A stretch of 63,868 bases of DNA, filler included, from Octopus bimaculoides (GCF_001194135.2; 5 parts of 5 records of this genome joined end to end with filler, not necessarily neighbours in it); one strand, 5' to 3'. Shown: positions 11,536 through 25,749, counted from the first letter of the whole stretch. Numbers and translations are program-made. Notes: generated from the sequence alone by a model not told the origin.

Positions 11536-13197
11536 GAATAATAACAATAAATGGAACAAAACGCATATAAATAAAAGTTCCTTTAATTCCTACATATGTT
11601 TCAAAATATATGTGCACACTACTCCAAAGAAGTAAGAACGCTTGTTTACATAGAGTTATAACGGGAGGGGGGCTGTAAATGCTATACTAAAGGTTTAAAT
11701 TAAATGATTAAAATAGGGGGGAAGGAGGGAAAAATGGATCACAGTAAAGTAAACTGAAGCCGTAAACTATAAGCTAATTCAAATGTGGAGGAAGGGAGAG
11801 AATGAAGAGCGTTCATGATATATAAAAAAAATTTCTCCTCAAGGAAATAAATAATAACATACTAATATAAGGTGAAGAATGTAAATATAAAAAAATAAAT
11901 AAAGCATTATAGCCTTGTAATATATTATATTAATATACGGATGTTAACGCAAATCAGTGGTAGAACAAGGTACAAGATATTTTGTTGAGAAATAATAACA
12001 ACAACAATATACATGCTTACAAGGAGAAGATCGGGTATATTTAGTTAAAGTTACTAGTGGTACAAGGACAACTAATGTAGCATTACTGGGAAGGAATTAC
12101 TTAACCAACTCTAGAAGGGGAAAATAAAAGACAAGTGGAGATGGAGGCAGTAATAGATATTATTTAAGACTATATTAAAAGATATTATTCAGAGAACATT
12201 TGATTAAAAAAAACACATACACACATACATATATGTATACACACACACACATATATATATATACATATGTATATATGCATATATATATTGTATTTTATCC
12301 TCCTGCTGCTGATAAAAATTAATTGATGCAACTCTAAAAGATAGTGTCCCAGCATTGCCATGCTTCAATGTTGAAACCATTAAAAGAATATAAGACATCG
12401 TTTGAAATCAAAATGTAAGTTGAAATAATTTCAGCCGGGGTTTGAAACTGCACCCAAAGTCTCTTGAGTATATGGTTACATGTTTTCTTTGAGCTGGTTG
12501 CTATAGAAAATTATTGATTTTTGATTAACCATTTTGATAACCACTCCACCTCAGACCATTCTGTGTTCTATAATGCAAACATTAAAAGCTAGCACTAAAA
12601 ATTTATATCAGTTTATGTTCCAGTGAACAGTTTGACAACAATAAGTTTATATTACTGAAGTCTTCATTATATTCAAAAATAATTGAAACAAAGGTAGTGT
12701 TCTTTAACAGAGATATAAAAAAGAAAGGGGTTAAAAGCATAATAATTGAAATTACATACGAGAAAATTCTGAATGTCACAACTTCACATTTTTCTAAGCC
12801 AGTCATATGATTAAACCATGATAATTATATCTCATACCATGATCCACCCACCCTTGCTCAGCACCCCTATTAGTTATCGCATTTGTGAAACAGTGTGGCC
12901 ATGAGTAACCATTAGAAGTGGTGCCCTATCCGTGATGATGGCCAAACACAATGAGCCTTATCATCAGCAGAGGTGTTGTGAAACAGAATACTGACCCTGG
13001 CTCTTCGGAGACTATGTTGCTGTTTAATCCCTGGACAACCCTGACATGACAATGCATCCCAATCATGGCTATCTTGTCAGGTATTTCATTATGTAAAGTA
13101 TTCTTCTTTCTTTAATATAGTAGAATATGATATGAGGGTTATTTAGTTGCTAGTTTCAGAGGAAACAATTACAAAGGAATCTCTTGTTGGCTTGTCA

Positions 13198-13237
<40 letters not shown>

Positions 13238-13669
13238 NNNNNNNNNNNNNNNNNNNNNNNNNNNNNNNNNNNNNNNNNNNNNNNNNNNNNNNNNNNNNNN
13301 NNNNNNNNNNNNNNNNNNNNNNNNNNNNNNNNNNNNNNNNNNNNNNNNNNNNNAGCAGGTGGTGGTGGGGACTACCTGGATAGGTGAAGTGAAAGTAAGC
13401 AAGGGATTAAATCAGGAGAAAATGACTTAAGATGACATGAAATAACAGAGAAGGATTATGACAGCAGATGATGAAAGAAGAATAAAAACGATGATGATGA
13501 TGATGATGACAATAATGATTATGGCAATTATAATAATGGTGGTGGTAAAGACAGGATGACAATGTGGAGGATGATGATGAGAATGACAGAGGAAGATAAG
13601 AAAAGATGAAGACAGTTGAAAGGTAATGACTTAAAATAAAAGAAGGGATACAATTGTTGAAGAACTTAC

Positions 13670-13774
13670 ATTGAGGTGGTCCCTTGTTTTAGCATCTGGT
13701 TTCATGTCACGATCTGTTGGACCACGTCGAAGGCTTCTCACAAGCTTGTGGTGTTTGCTTTCCACTAGATTCTC
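13670..13774 (-). CDS. PIK3C3: PIK3C3/Vps34 internal exon, 105 nt, phase 0/0: [35 protein letters not shown]
   Basis: Translation matches the Vps34 [18 protein letters not shown] region; flanked by ttgtAG and GTaagt. Confidence 0.95.
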
Positions 13775-14179
13775 CTACAACACACACAAATAGTAACAAC
13801 AATGATGATGATGATAAATAGTGAAATAGCATTGCACAATGTTTTGTTTTATTTTCATAGTGTTAGTGGTTGTGATGTGGCAGAGGTGGTGTTGTGCTTC
13901 ATTTAATATAGTAAAGCAATGTGAGCTCATTCAACCTACGCATCTACTAACACACACAGATACAGAGGCTTACACAAATATGTACATCTTACAGACATAC
14001 AGACAGTTAGTTGTGTAAGCACACTAATATTTAAAAATTCTCCCTCTCTTGCACAACACACACGCATTTATAAAATATACAAAGTAGCTGTCTGGATTTA
14101 AATGATTAAAATACCAGTACAGTGTAGGTTACAAATATGAGTACAGAATTATATCTAGGTTTGATAAACATTTTCTTTG

Positions 14180-14550
14180 TTCACTGTTCAGTATGAAGGA
14201 AGGGGTTTAGCGCCACTGACCCTCACAGAGGCCTCCAAGAGTGGTGCACTTGATGACAATGTCCTGTTTAAACAGTTGCAGATCAACATCTGTAGGAAAG
14301 ACATAAGTAGGGAGGGTGATTCCAAAGGGAGGATATTCTGGGAAAAAGGGATGGATACAATGGTTAGTGTGGAGCTGGTGAGGTGCTTGGAATGCAACTA
14401 AAGTGATGAAAGACAGAGAGAAGGGTGGTCAGAGGTGCCTGAGTGATAGAGGTATGAGACTAATCCACTCTGAGGAACAGGAAGGAGAAGGCGATAAAAA
14501 GAGGCAATATATCTGTGAAACTAGAGCCCCGTGATTAAACCAAGGGACTT
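14180..14550 (-). mobile_element. Possible LINE APE-endonuclease remnant
   Basis: Higher-GC degraded coding-like stretch; family not resolved by eye. Confidence 0.3.
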
Positions 14551-14579
14551 TCATAACTATCATTATTGCATTATTACAG

Positions 14580-14795
14580 TACGGTGGCAAACTAGCAGAA
14601 TCATTAGCATTCAGGGCAAAATGCTTAGTGTTTTTCATCCGTTGCTACAGTTTGAGTTCAAATTCTGCAGAGGTCGACTTTGCCTTTCATTCTTTCGGGG
14701 GCAATAAAATAAGTACCAGTTGAGTACTGGGGTGAATGTAATTGACTTAACCTCCCATCTGAAACTGCTGGGCTTGTGCCAAAATTTGATACCAT
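14580..14795 (+). mobile_element. tRNA-derived SINE, family A
   Basis: ggtggcaaactagcagaatc...gagttcaaattctgcagaggtcgactttgcc...aagtaccagtt. Confidence 0.85.
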
Positions 14796-16900
14796 TATTG
14801 TATTATTACAGTACTTATTTACGCCTGGGCTGTCTACTTTGTGTCATTGTAGTAATAAAGTTGTACCACTAACAATGTTTATATTTTTTCTAAGTAGCTT
14901 TTAGTTACTTTCTTTTAGCTGTTTGGAAGGCTGAGGCAACTGAGCCCTAATGAGTTTTTTTTTTTTCACTGTTCTGTATGAATGAAGCTCAATCCTTATC
15001 CAAGCTCCTGGAAGCCGTGTCACTTGGCCCATGGGGCCTAAGTTTACAGTGAGACCAAATACATCATTAATTATGAAGCATGCACTTGTGATAATTTTTT
15101 CTTATTGGTGGGAAAATTATAACAGAGAGGATTGCATAAACCTTTATATGTTTAGAAATAGCAGTCAAAAGCCACTATAAACATGTAAGGGTTTTTACAA
15201 CCCTCTCCATTATAATTGTGATTTATTCATAATTATAAACACTCTTTTATGTAATTTATGATTACATGTTTAACGACTGATATATGCATAAATAATTATT
15301 AATTGTTTATGATATATCCTTTGTAATGTATTATTACATTCCTTTTTAATTATCTAATTTGCTCACTCATATCTGGTGTTTTGTGGTGGCTTGAATTAGC
15401 GGTCCTTTCTCATAAACGCTGTGCATGACATTGGAATTCAGAATTTGAATGTGCAGATAGAGGTTAATACATTATTCTTGCTGGTTAGGATAGATGTAAG
15501 CCCCAAGGTATGATTTTGCATCAATTTGTATCTATATGAATATTCGCCTAATGAAAGGAATGGGACAATTATATTGTTTTATATCCGTTATTTTATGATA
15601 TGGTACATGATATGGTATAATAGGTTCCTAACCTTGAAATTGCAATAGACAATTAACCTTTTATTTTCAAATTGTGGATTTTATATGTCATGTCACTTGC
15701 AGACAGCTTTATTGTGAGGAAATATGAGTGATAATAGTGGCTTTATAGTAGTTTTTGACTACTATTTTTAAACATGTAAGGGTTTTTGCAACCTTCCCCA
15801 TTATAATTGTGATTTATTCATAATTATAAAAACTCTTCTTTAACACACACACACACAAACAGACCGGGTGTTTGGGCTAAATTTAATGATTTTTTATGTT
15901 TCCTTGTTATCAAGAACAGCTTGATGTATTGGTGAACAGTCAATGGTGTTGGAGAAAATAAAGATTAAAATTGTAGTAGAGAAAAAGTTAGCTGACATGG
16001 AAGACTAGAAGCCATCTCAATGCTGGAAAAGTGTTGTGTGATGATAATTTGTGTCAGATCAAAATGCCAACTTCATGACTGCTCTGTGAGCACATTAAAG
16101 GAAGTAAGACATGACATGGACATCATGAAAACTAGAGCTCATAGCCACATGGTCACACCTGCATCTATTATGACAACACATCATTATTTAATGTCCATTT
16201 TCCAATGTTGACATGGGTTGGATGGTTTGATAGCAGCTGGTAAAGCCAGGAGTCGCACCTGGCTCCTTTGTCTATTCTGGCATAGCTTCTACGGCTGGAT
16301 GCCCTTCCTCACATCAACCACTTTATAGCGCACACTCGGTGCTTTTAATGTGGCACCAACATCAGTGCTTTTAAAATTACACATGAAATATTAGAAGTTT
16401 AAACATTTAAATTATTTATTTTAACTTTCTAAAAATTTAAAATGCAGTGTCCAGTTAAAATCTGCATTAAATTTTTTTTTTAAATTAAAAATAGATTCCA
16501 CCCCACCTGAAATCCTGAATCCCAAATGTACAAAAACAAAAATCTAAAGACTGTTACATATCTATTCGTTCTTAAAATGTTCTAGCAGATACGAACATGA
16601 ATAAGCTGAGTGCTGTTGTATTTCATCAATGGAGATTATCTCCTCCCTTTAGATGATGTGTTTCCATAACACATATGATTCCTTGACATTAGGGGACTTT
16701 GAGAGACATTGCAGTGTTTCAACCACATTGTGTGTCTCGTCGGTAAAAGCTACTCTGGATTAATGAACTTAAACAAGAGTAATGTCTCTTGCTTCTACAA
16801 ATCAGCAAACAAATTATTTTCTGATGCATGCTGATGTCTGCCAAACAGATAACAACTCCTTGGGTATACACAAAACATTGAGAATATAAACAATAACATA

Positions 16901-17251
16901 TCTATTATCCTTAATCTTATCTATAAAAGGCAAATTTTCTGTGTGTGCGTATGTTTAAAATTCATACATTTACACAATTCCAAATTTCTTGTATGCTCGA
17001 AATGAGGAGCAAATGGACAGGTGACAACTGATGAGGGGTTGTTCTTTGTGATACTTGTCCTGTTTTCCGTTTGTTTCTCTCATTGTTTGTGTATTTGTTT
17101 TTGTGTTTAATATTGTTTACTGTTGGTGATGTACTGTACCCATATATGCATGGCGCTCGGTCATACATGCACAATTGCTAGCATCGTCGAATTTGCAACT
17201 GGAATATCATACTGATGAGGTAATGAAGAGTTTTTCTTTCTAAGCCAGAAA

Positions 17252-17318
<67 letters not shown>

Positions 17319-17977
17319 TATGTATATATATGCGCATATATATATTATTCATATATGTGTGTGTGCGTGTGTATGCACATATATATATATATATATATCA
17401 TCATCATTTAACACCTTACAAGATAGCAATTTGGGAGTCATACCAGTGGATTCCTCATGGTCGAAAATGCCTGGAATTAGCCATTTGTTTTTTTTTTCTA
17501 CCTTCCTAACAGGTGAATTTTGCATTAAAAATAATTTTAAACCATAACTTCTAACAATTTTCAAGTCCGTGCATTTGCAAACATGAGTTAAGTCCCCTTC
17601 TAGCGACGGTGTAAATAGAGACAGAGAGAGAAAGACAACAGATTTTTAAAATTTCGTCTTTTTAGTGAATGATACACAATATAAACGATATTCTCCGTTT
17701 CTCCACAACTAATTTCCAAATTTGCTGAATCCGTTGCTCTACTCATAGCGAGTAGACCCTCTCCTTCGCAAACAATCAGCTGTTATTTTGTAAACAATGT
17801 TACGAAACTGTTCATGTTTTCAAAAGGATAGATCTGACTCTCACATCTCTGCGGGAGAAGATAGTCCTCTCTATTCCTCTTACAAAACTTACGTCCGGGT
17901 ACCAAATTTGCCTCAATTGATGGTATTACTCAGATAATCTTAACTTCATCCTGTGCGAAGCCGGGCTATAGTGCTAG
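16901..17977 (+). mobile_element. Non-autonomous Helitron-like element
   Basis: Inserted A|TC...CTAG|T, with a GC-rich hairpin cctgtgcgaagccggg about 10 nt before the terminal CTAG. Confidence 0.65.
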
Positions 17978-19229
17978 TTGATATATAAATATATGCATGT
18001 ATGCATATATATATATTATTTGTATATAAATATATATATACATACACACATTTACATAAAATATACATACACATACATAACTCTACACACATTTATACAT
18101 ATAGCATTAATAAGAATTATTTGTAATATTTACCGTAGATAACATGGTACTGCTGGTCTCAAACGACAAGACGAAAATATAAAACTGGAGACACAACCAA
18201 ATATATGACAAGTTCTTTACAACTTTAATGTGGTTACTAGTACCAGTAGCCTCAAATACCCTGGCTGTAAGCTGTGTGTATACAGCATATACACACACAG
18301 ACGCATGGATATTACATATGCACACACATTTTATGTTATCTAATTACACACATGTACATATGTATAATACACAAATACATAGATTACAAAATGTACACAC
18401 AAACATATACAGATATAATCGTACACACACACACACAAAAATGTCATTGTAGGTAAAAACTCTCTAAGTCCATATATAGTCAGCTCTAAAAAAAATAAAC
18501 ACTAACTCCTCTTCCACCCATAACCACTATCCATTAACACAGCCACACTACCATCAGCACCACATGCCAACCACCCACTACCAATGTCAGAAAACTATTA
18601 GAGGCCACAACAATAAAATGTTACTTTCTCACAAAATGAAGTCCAACTAATTAAGCATTATTATCTTTTGTATTTGCTTTATTTTGTTGTTAATTAGATA
18701 CTGAACAATTAATGATAATTACTAAATTACAAACTGAACTCAAATCTCTAAATCTCTCTCCCCTGTCTCTCCTCCTTGGTCTCGTCTAAAAACATTTTCT
18801 ATCTCACTGAATGTAAATAACTCCACCAATTATGGCAACAGAACAAAAATATAATCTATATTGTACACAAGCCAATTTGAAAATCATTTAAAATATAATT
18901 TTCACTGCTGATATGGTGGAACACACACACACACACAAATACATATACAAAATCATTATCATTTAATATGCACTTTTCCATGCTTGCATGGGTCAGATGA
19001 AATTCGTTAAGGCAGATTTCTCAAGGCCAAATGTCTTTCTAGTTGCCAACCCTCACCTGTTTGCAAGTAAGGTGATATTCCCCTATGGCCTGACATGCTT
19101 TTCACACTCCTACTTTTCACAGAAGAAACAAACAGCACCAGTTGTATGGCAGTAACGTTCATTTACAACCTTTACATGATGTCAATACAAGGGTAGGCAT
19201 AAACACAAACGTGTGTGTGAGTGCGTACA

Positions 19230-19425
19230 CAAGGGGGTGCTGTAAAGTTTCTGGCTTTAAGAGAATCACAGAAGGCCTGGTTGGAGGCCCAACCTTCTCA
19301 GTTCTTTTACAAGGTTTAGAAAAACTGAAGGACTGCTGCAATAAGCATGTGAATCTGAGAGGGGGATATGTTGAATAAAATCATAACAATGTTTCTTTTA
19401 CCCATAGTCATGAACTTTCAGCACT
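19230..19425 (+). mobile_element. Mariner transposase C-terminal remnant
   Basis: GLEKLKDCCNKHVNLRGGYVE* resembles the mariner C-terminus (GIxKLxxRWxKCIxxxGxYVE). Confidence 0.7.
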
Positions 19426-19647
19426 CTGTCATACACACACGCACATACAATGAGTTTCTTTCAGTTTGCATTTACCAAATCCAGTCACAAATCTCTGAGC
19501 ATTCCTGGTAATGTAGTGTGAGATTGATCATATGTGCAGGTCTGTGTGCATGTAGTGTAATAGTGAAGATGTATAGTAGTGAAATGATATGGTAGTGTAG
19601 TGTAGTAGTAAAGATGTGCGGTAACAAACTCGTATGTGCATGTGTGT

Positions 19648-19881
19648 TATTTCTTTACTACCCACAAGGGGCTACATACAGAGGGGACAAACAAGGACAG
19701 ACAAACGGATTAAATCGATTATATCGACCCCAGTGCGTAACTGGTACTTATTTAATCGACCCCGAAAGGATGAAAGGCAAAGTCGACCTCGGCGGAATTT
19801 GAACTCAGAACGTAGCGGGCAGACGAAATACCGCTAAGCATTTCGCCCGTTGTGCTAACGTTTCTGCCAGCTCGCCGCCAT
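19648..19881 (-). mobile_element. Intact family-A tRNA-derived SINE with an 18-bp TSD
   Basis: tcgtatgtgcatgtgtgt at both 19630-19647 and 19882-19899; A-box-like and B-box-like head present. Confidence 0.92.
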
Positions 19882-21672
19882 TCGTATGTGCATGTGTGTG
19901 TATTGTGAAAGTGTAGTGCAGCTGTTTAATGCATACTATAAATATAAAAATGTATGCATAGGTTCTTCAGGTTACTGAAGTTCAATATAGATTTATAGAA
20001 GAAGTCACACATGGTCAAGACTACAATGTCAGGTTACAAGTCGGAGCATTAGTGATTGCGTTATACGTCTAGTGACATGTGGGCCTTTAATTTAAGGTTA
20101 TTATTTTAAAGCATGTTTCAAAATAACAACAAGCACTATTGGTGGAAAGAGGGGAAATAGACAGGATCAATAAGGGAAGTAGAATCAGATTTGTTATGAT
20201 ATTCTTTTTGACTGGGACTTTGGTAAAGTGTATGTGTGGGAGCGCATAGGTATGTGTGGGCAAACATTAATATTATGTGAGCAAGTGTGTGCTCTATGTG
20301 CTTGTGTGTGTGTAGACATGTAAATATGTGTGGGAGTGTGAGGCTGTGTAATGTGTGACTACAAATACGTGTGAAGCAGCTAACACACACACATGTATAC
20401 ATATATACACACACATGTATACAGAAGAAGAGCTGCTCTAATTTGGGGCAAGATATGACACAGAGGCCAAGCTGTATACACTCTTGTATCCTCTCCTTTG
20501 TGCAACATCAGTGGGAAGAGAAGGGAGAGCTTGCCATATGAGAAATTGTAGGCTTTTTATAAAAAAAAAAACCCCAAAATACAACCCCTTTTTTTCAGGT
20601 TGGTATCTTGGAGAGGAACTTTTAAATTGCAGATACATGGTGGCCAATGAGCAAAGGAGGCCTCAAATGGACAATGGCATGAACGGTGGAGTGGATTCTG
20701 TCAAGATTTGAACTCTGAATATAGTGATGTCACTACACATCACAAGATATTTTGTCTGACACACTACTAATAATTCTAATATAGACACAAGGCCTGAAAT
20801 TTTGTGGTTAGTTTGATCATGATCCAACTCTGTTTCCCATAATGCAATGTATGGTTGGTTTCTTTTATGTTTTCTAGACTGAGCATCTCTAGCTCTCACC
20901 TTTTGACTGTATACACACTCATTCTCTCTTTTTCTCTCTCTCTTTCTCACACACAAACACACACACACAATTTTTCTCAACCCTGTCACTAATGCAGGAG
21001 GTTTAACTCATCCACACTTCCTGAAACTGAAATTAATAATTGCTCCATTTTGAAACCATTCCAAGACCACAATATATCACTGGTACAGTTAATAACCATG
21101 ATCAAGAAGGATTTCCTAAACATGAGAATTCACTCTTCTAAAATTGGGTAGTCCTAGACCTCCTCCGTACACAACCCCTCTATCATCTTTTCATAACACT
21201 CCTACTATTCCTCATGGTGGGGTGAGAGATAGTGAGGGCGGTAGTGAAGAGACAGAAAGAGAGAGAAAGAAAGAAACGAGGAGAGAAAGAGAGACAAAGA
21301 AATTTAGGGAGAGTTGATGTTTTATTAAAAGTAGTAATGTTGATGGCGACAGTGGGAGTAATAATAAAAGAGAGAGAAAGAGTGGGTTTGTACCCATCCT
21401 AAAAGAGGTCACCATCCTTGAACTCTCTTGCCAGTAGCTATAGTAAAAAAACTTTCCAAATTAAAAAGAAATCCCTCCTCCTCCCTATCCATCTCTATGG
21501 TGGTAGTGGTGGTAGCCAGGGCATTTAGGGATGATGGTGATAGTAAGTGATGTGAAAGTCAGTGTTGATGGTGGTGGAGGGGAAGACTGAAGTCAAAGGT
21601 ATTGATGGTGGTGGCTTCAAAAGTCTGAATGGTGTGTGTATGGCAGTTGTGGTGGCAATGGTGGTGGTTGAA

Positions 21673-21718
<46 letters not shown>

Positions 21719-22335
21719 TAGACAGAAAAAAATTGTGCTGACCCCTGAATGAGAAAACAAAAGATGTTTATCATCCAGTTTTGCAATAAGTTCCAAGTTG
21801 ACAAATTATACCATTGTTTATTGCTTCAAAAATATTGGTCAAGTTTAATATGTATTCAATGTAGGAGCTAGTTTAAAAGCCACCTAATAAAGCAGCTTTT
21901 AAGTTAGTATATATANNNNNNNNNNNNNNNNNNNNNNNNNNNNNNNNNNNNNNNNNNNNNNNNNNNNNNNNNNNNNNNNNNNNNNNNNNNNNNNNNNNNN
22001 NNNNNNNNNNNNNNNNNNNNNNNNNNNNNNNNNNNNNNNNNNNNNNNNNNNNNNNNNNNNNNNNNNNNNNNNNNNNNNNNNNNNNNNNNNNNNNNNNNNT
22101 AAGGCTGTGACCATGCTGGGCACTGCCAGTGTAATCACCTTTTCAATGGCCAATCTTGGGTGATTGGCTTTTGGTGAAGGAGGGAGTTCAACAATGCTTC
22201 CCTCTTTTGAGTCTCCTGTCTGGGACCTTGGATAGCAGGAGGTGAAATTGTTTCTTGAAAAGATCTACTTCCCCCACTTCATGAAGATCCAGTAGACATT
22301 TTGGCAAGGCATTAAATAGCTGTGAGCCCTTGAAT

Positions 22336-22369
<34 letters not shown>

Positions 22370-23568
22370 GATGGGTTTCTTTCAGTTTCCATCAACCAAA
22401 TCCACTCACAAGGCTTTGGTTGGCCTGAGGTTATAGTAGAAAACACTTGCCCAAGGTGCCATGAAGTGGGACTGAATCTAAAGACATGTGGTTGGTAAGC
22501 AAGCTCTTAACCACATAGCCAAATCATAATTTAACGTCCATGCTCCATGCTGGTATGGTTGAAAGACTTCTGTTTTTCTGCTGGCGTACCTAAGTACATA
22601 TGTACATGTGTATGTAAGCATGTTGTTTCAGTCATTAGCCCATGGCCATGCTGGGGCATTGTCTTGAAGAATCTTAGTCAAACAAATTGCCCCAGAACTT
22701 TTTTTAAAGCCTCTCTTTTGCAGAACCACTAAATGATAGGGATGTAAATACACCAACATCAGTTGTCAAGCAGTAATGGGAGACAGACAGACATACACAA
22801 CAGGCTTCTTTCAGTTTGCACCTACCAAATTCACTCACAAGGCTTTATTTAGCTTGAAACTATAGTAAAAGACACATGCTGAAGGTGCCATGCAGTGGGA
22901 CTGAACATGGAACCATATGATTGGGAAGCAAACTTATCATACAGCTATGCCTGTGCCGATGCATGCATGCATGTATGTATGTATGGGAGACAGAGTATGA
23001 ATATGTGATATGAAGCTACATATTTACTGTTATGCATACATTTTGAAGGTGTGTTAAATGTATACACATGCAAATACAAAATTACACATGTGAAAGAGAA
23101 TGTGCGATAAAATCTACATATTTACACAAACGTCTTCAGCATGTATTAAATATACAGTAAAATGTGTGTGTGTGTGTGTGTGTGTGTGCATTGTCAGATA
23201 CACACACGCACACACACACACGCACGCACGCACACACACACAAACACATGCACACACACACATTTCTATTATATATCTATGTCTGTGTGTGTTTGTATGT
23301 ATACATGTGTATATATACATTTGTGTGTGTGTGTGTGTGTGTGTATATATCATCATCATCATCATCGTTTAACGTCCGCTTTCCATGCTAGCATGGGTTG
23401 GACGATTTGACTGAGGACTGGTGAAACCGGATGGCAACACCAGGCTCCAGTCTGATTTGGCAGAGTTTCTACAGCTGGATGCCCTTCCTAACGCCAACCA
23501 CTCAGAGAGTGTAGTGGGTGCTTTNNNNNNNNNNNNNNNNNNNNNNNNNNNNNNNNNNNNNNNNNNNN

Positions 23569-23580
23569 TTAATTAATTAA
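23569..23580. other. Artificial scaffold linker TTAATTAATTAA inside N runs. Also at 31802-31813, 35069-35080 and 60664-60675
   Basis: An identical palindromic 12-mer (stop codons in all six frames) embedded in N runs four times. Confidence 0.93.
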
Positions 23581-23624
23581 NNNNNNNNNNNNNNNNNNNN
23601 NNNNNNNNNNNNNNNNNNNNNNNN

Positions 23625-24144
23625 GGATAATATGCTGAACCCAACTACTTGCAGACAGTGTATCCCGTTGAATTCATTAATTTAATTCATAGCTAAAGTG
23701 ACAAAAAAAGAAAAAACCCAAAGTACAGGTGTTTATGACAAACCATGTTATTTTGCCAACCGGGTTTACAGATAGAAGTACAAAGTACATAAGGAATTAG
23801 AGATTGAACAGAAGTTTAATCTTACAGCTGTTTCGGCCTAGCTTTGGCATGCCCCATTCTATCCAAATAGTTCTTGCCGGAGTGATTATTGGATGAAATG
23901 TTGAAATCGGGTTACATGTCCGAACTGCTAGGCCGAAACAGCTGTAAGATTAAATTTCTGTTCATTCTCTAATTCCTTATGTACTTTGTACTTCTATCTG
24001 TAAACCCGGTTGGCAAAATAACATGGTTTGTCATAAACACCGGTACTTTAGTTTTTTTCTTTTTTTGTCACTTTAGCTATGAATTAAATTAATGAATTCA
24101 ACGGGATACACTGTCTGCAAGTAGTTGGGTTCAACATATTATCC
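23625..24144. repeat. Long fold-back: about 218-bp inverted arms (roughly 97% identical) around an 84-nt spacer
   Basis: 23625-23842 is the reverse complement of 23927-24144 apart from about 6 differences. The left end abuts a gap. Confidence 0.95.
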
Positions 24145-25681
24145 TCCATTTTCTAATTGATATATATATATATTTGCATACCTCCGTCCCACCAACCCAC
24201 CTACCGCTTTCTATCTATACATAATGGACTAACTAATAGCAGCTCATTTACTTAACTCACACATTGACCTATTATATTAGCAGCAGTAATGCTTATATTT
24301 ACAACGCTCATAACACTTATATTTACAATGCTTACATTGCACTTGCTGCATGGACAACAGACATTAAATGATGATGATAATGATGATGATGATGATGATA
24401 TATATACTTCGCTTTTGTATCTGGTTTGCAAGATTCTTTATGTGAATTTGTGTGTTGAAACAAATTTTGTTGTGTCTGGGAAGAGCCATACTTCCTTAAT
24501 GTTTTATTATCTAACACTCAATTTTCACTCATTTATTATTCATATTTTGTCTTTTCTGAAGGTTTTGTTGCTTTTGCAACTTTGTCAATGGATATTGATT
24601 CCATCTGTTATTGGAGTTATGTTCCTTTTGTCTGTTTGTGCACCAGCATGTATGTGTGCTTGTGTATGCACATATATATGCATGTATGTGTGTGCATGTG
24701 CATGTATGTATGCATGTGTGTACATATACATGTATGTATGTATTCTGCATATTCATGTGTTTGTGTGTGTGTATGTGTGTGTGTGTGTGTGCATGTGTGT
24801 GTGTGTGCTTGTGTTTGTACATATATGTATGTGTGTATGTGTATTTGTGTATGTACCTCTTTCTTTGTGTGCGCATGTTTGAGTGTATCTATGTGTATGA
24901 GTTTGTGCAACTATGTATGTACATCTGTAATGTATGGATGTGTTTTTGTGTGTATGCATGAATGTGTGCATGGAGTGTGTGTGTGTATATATGGTCATAT
25001 GTTTCCTACTTCTTTTGTGTGTGCCTGTGTGTATGTGTGTGTGTACTTGTCTGTCTGTATTACCTATGTACCTATCTATCTACATACCTATGTCACTATC
25101 TGTTTATCTACATATCCATTTACCTACATATATATATTTTTGTGAAGACCTGTTGGGGCAAGTGAAACTGTAATTGAACCATACTCAATGACTGCCACCT
25201 GCACCAGTGGAGCACTAACAGCACTGTCCGAGCGTGTTCATTGCCAGAGCAGCTGTCTGGCTTCCGTGCTAGTGGCCTGTAAATAGCACCATTTGAGCAT
25301 AATCGTTACCAGCGTTGACTTCTAGCACTTGTACTGGTGGCACATTAGAACATCATTTGAGTGAGGTCATTGCCAGTGCCGCTGGACTGGCTCCCGTGCA
25401 GATGGCACATAAAAAACACCTTTTTGAGCGTGGCTATTGCCTGTACTGTGTGACTGGCCCTCGTGCCGGTGGCACATAAAAGCACCCATTACNNNNNNNN
25501 NNNNNNNNNNNNNNNNNNNNNNNNNNNNNNNNNNNNNNNNNNNNNNNNNNNNNNNNNNNNNNNNNNNNNNNNNNNNNNNNNNNNNNNNNNNNNNNNNNNN
25601 NNNNNNNNNNNNNNNNNNNNNNTCAATCAAATCGTCCAACCCATGCTAGCATGGAAAGCAGACGTTAAATGATGATGATGA

Positions 25682-25716
<35 letters not shown>

Positions 25717-25749
25717 CCTAAATAACAGCCTACTGGCAAATGTATATTC

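Noticed and set aside
23569-23580. Recurrent palindrome TTAATTAATTAA (four times)
   Set aside because: Always embedded in N runs; an artificial six-frame-stop scaffold linker, not biology.
24289-25173. Long ORFs rich in C/V/Y/H/T (and similar ORFs elsewhere, including X-filled ones)
   Set aside because: Translations of (TG)n, (TA)n and (TATG)n microsatellites or of N gaps.
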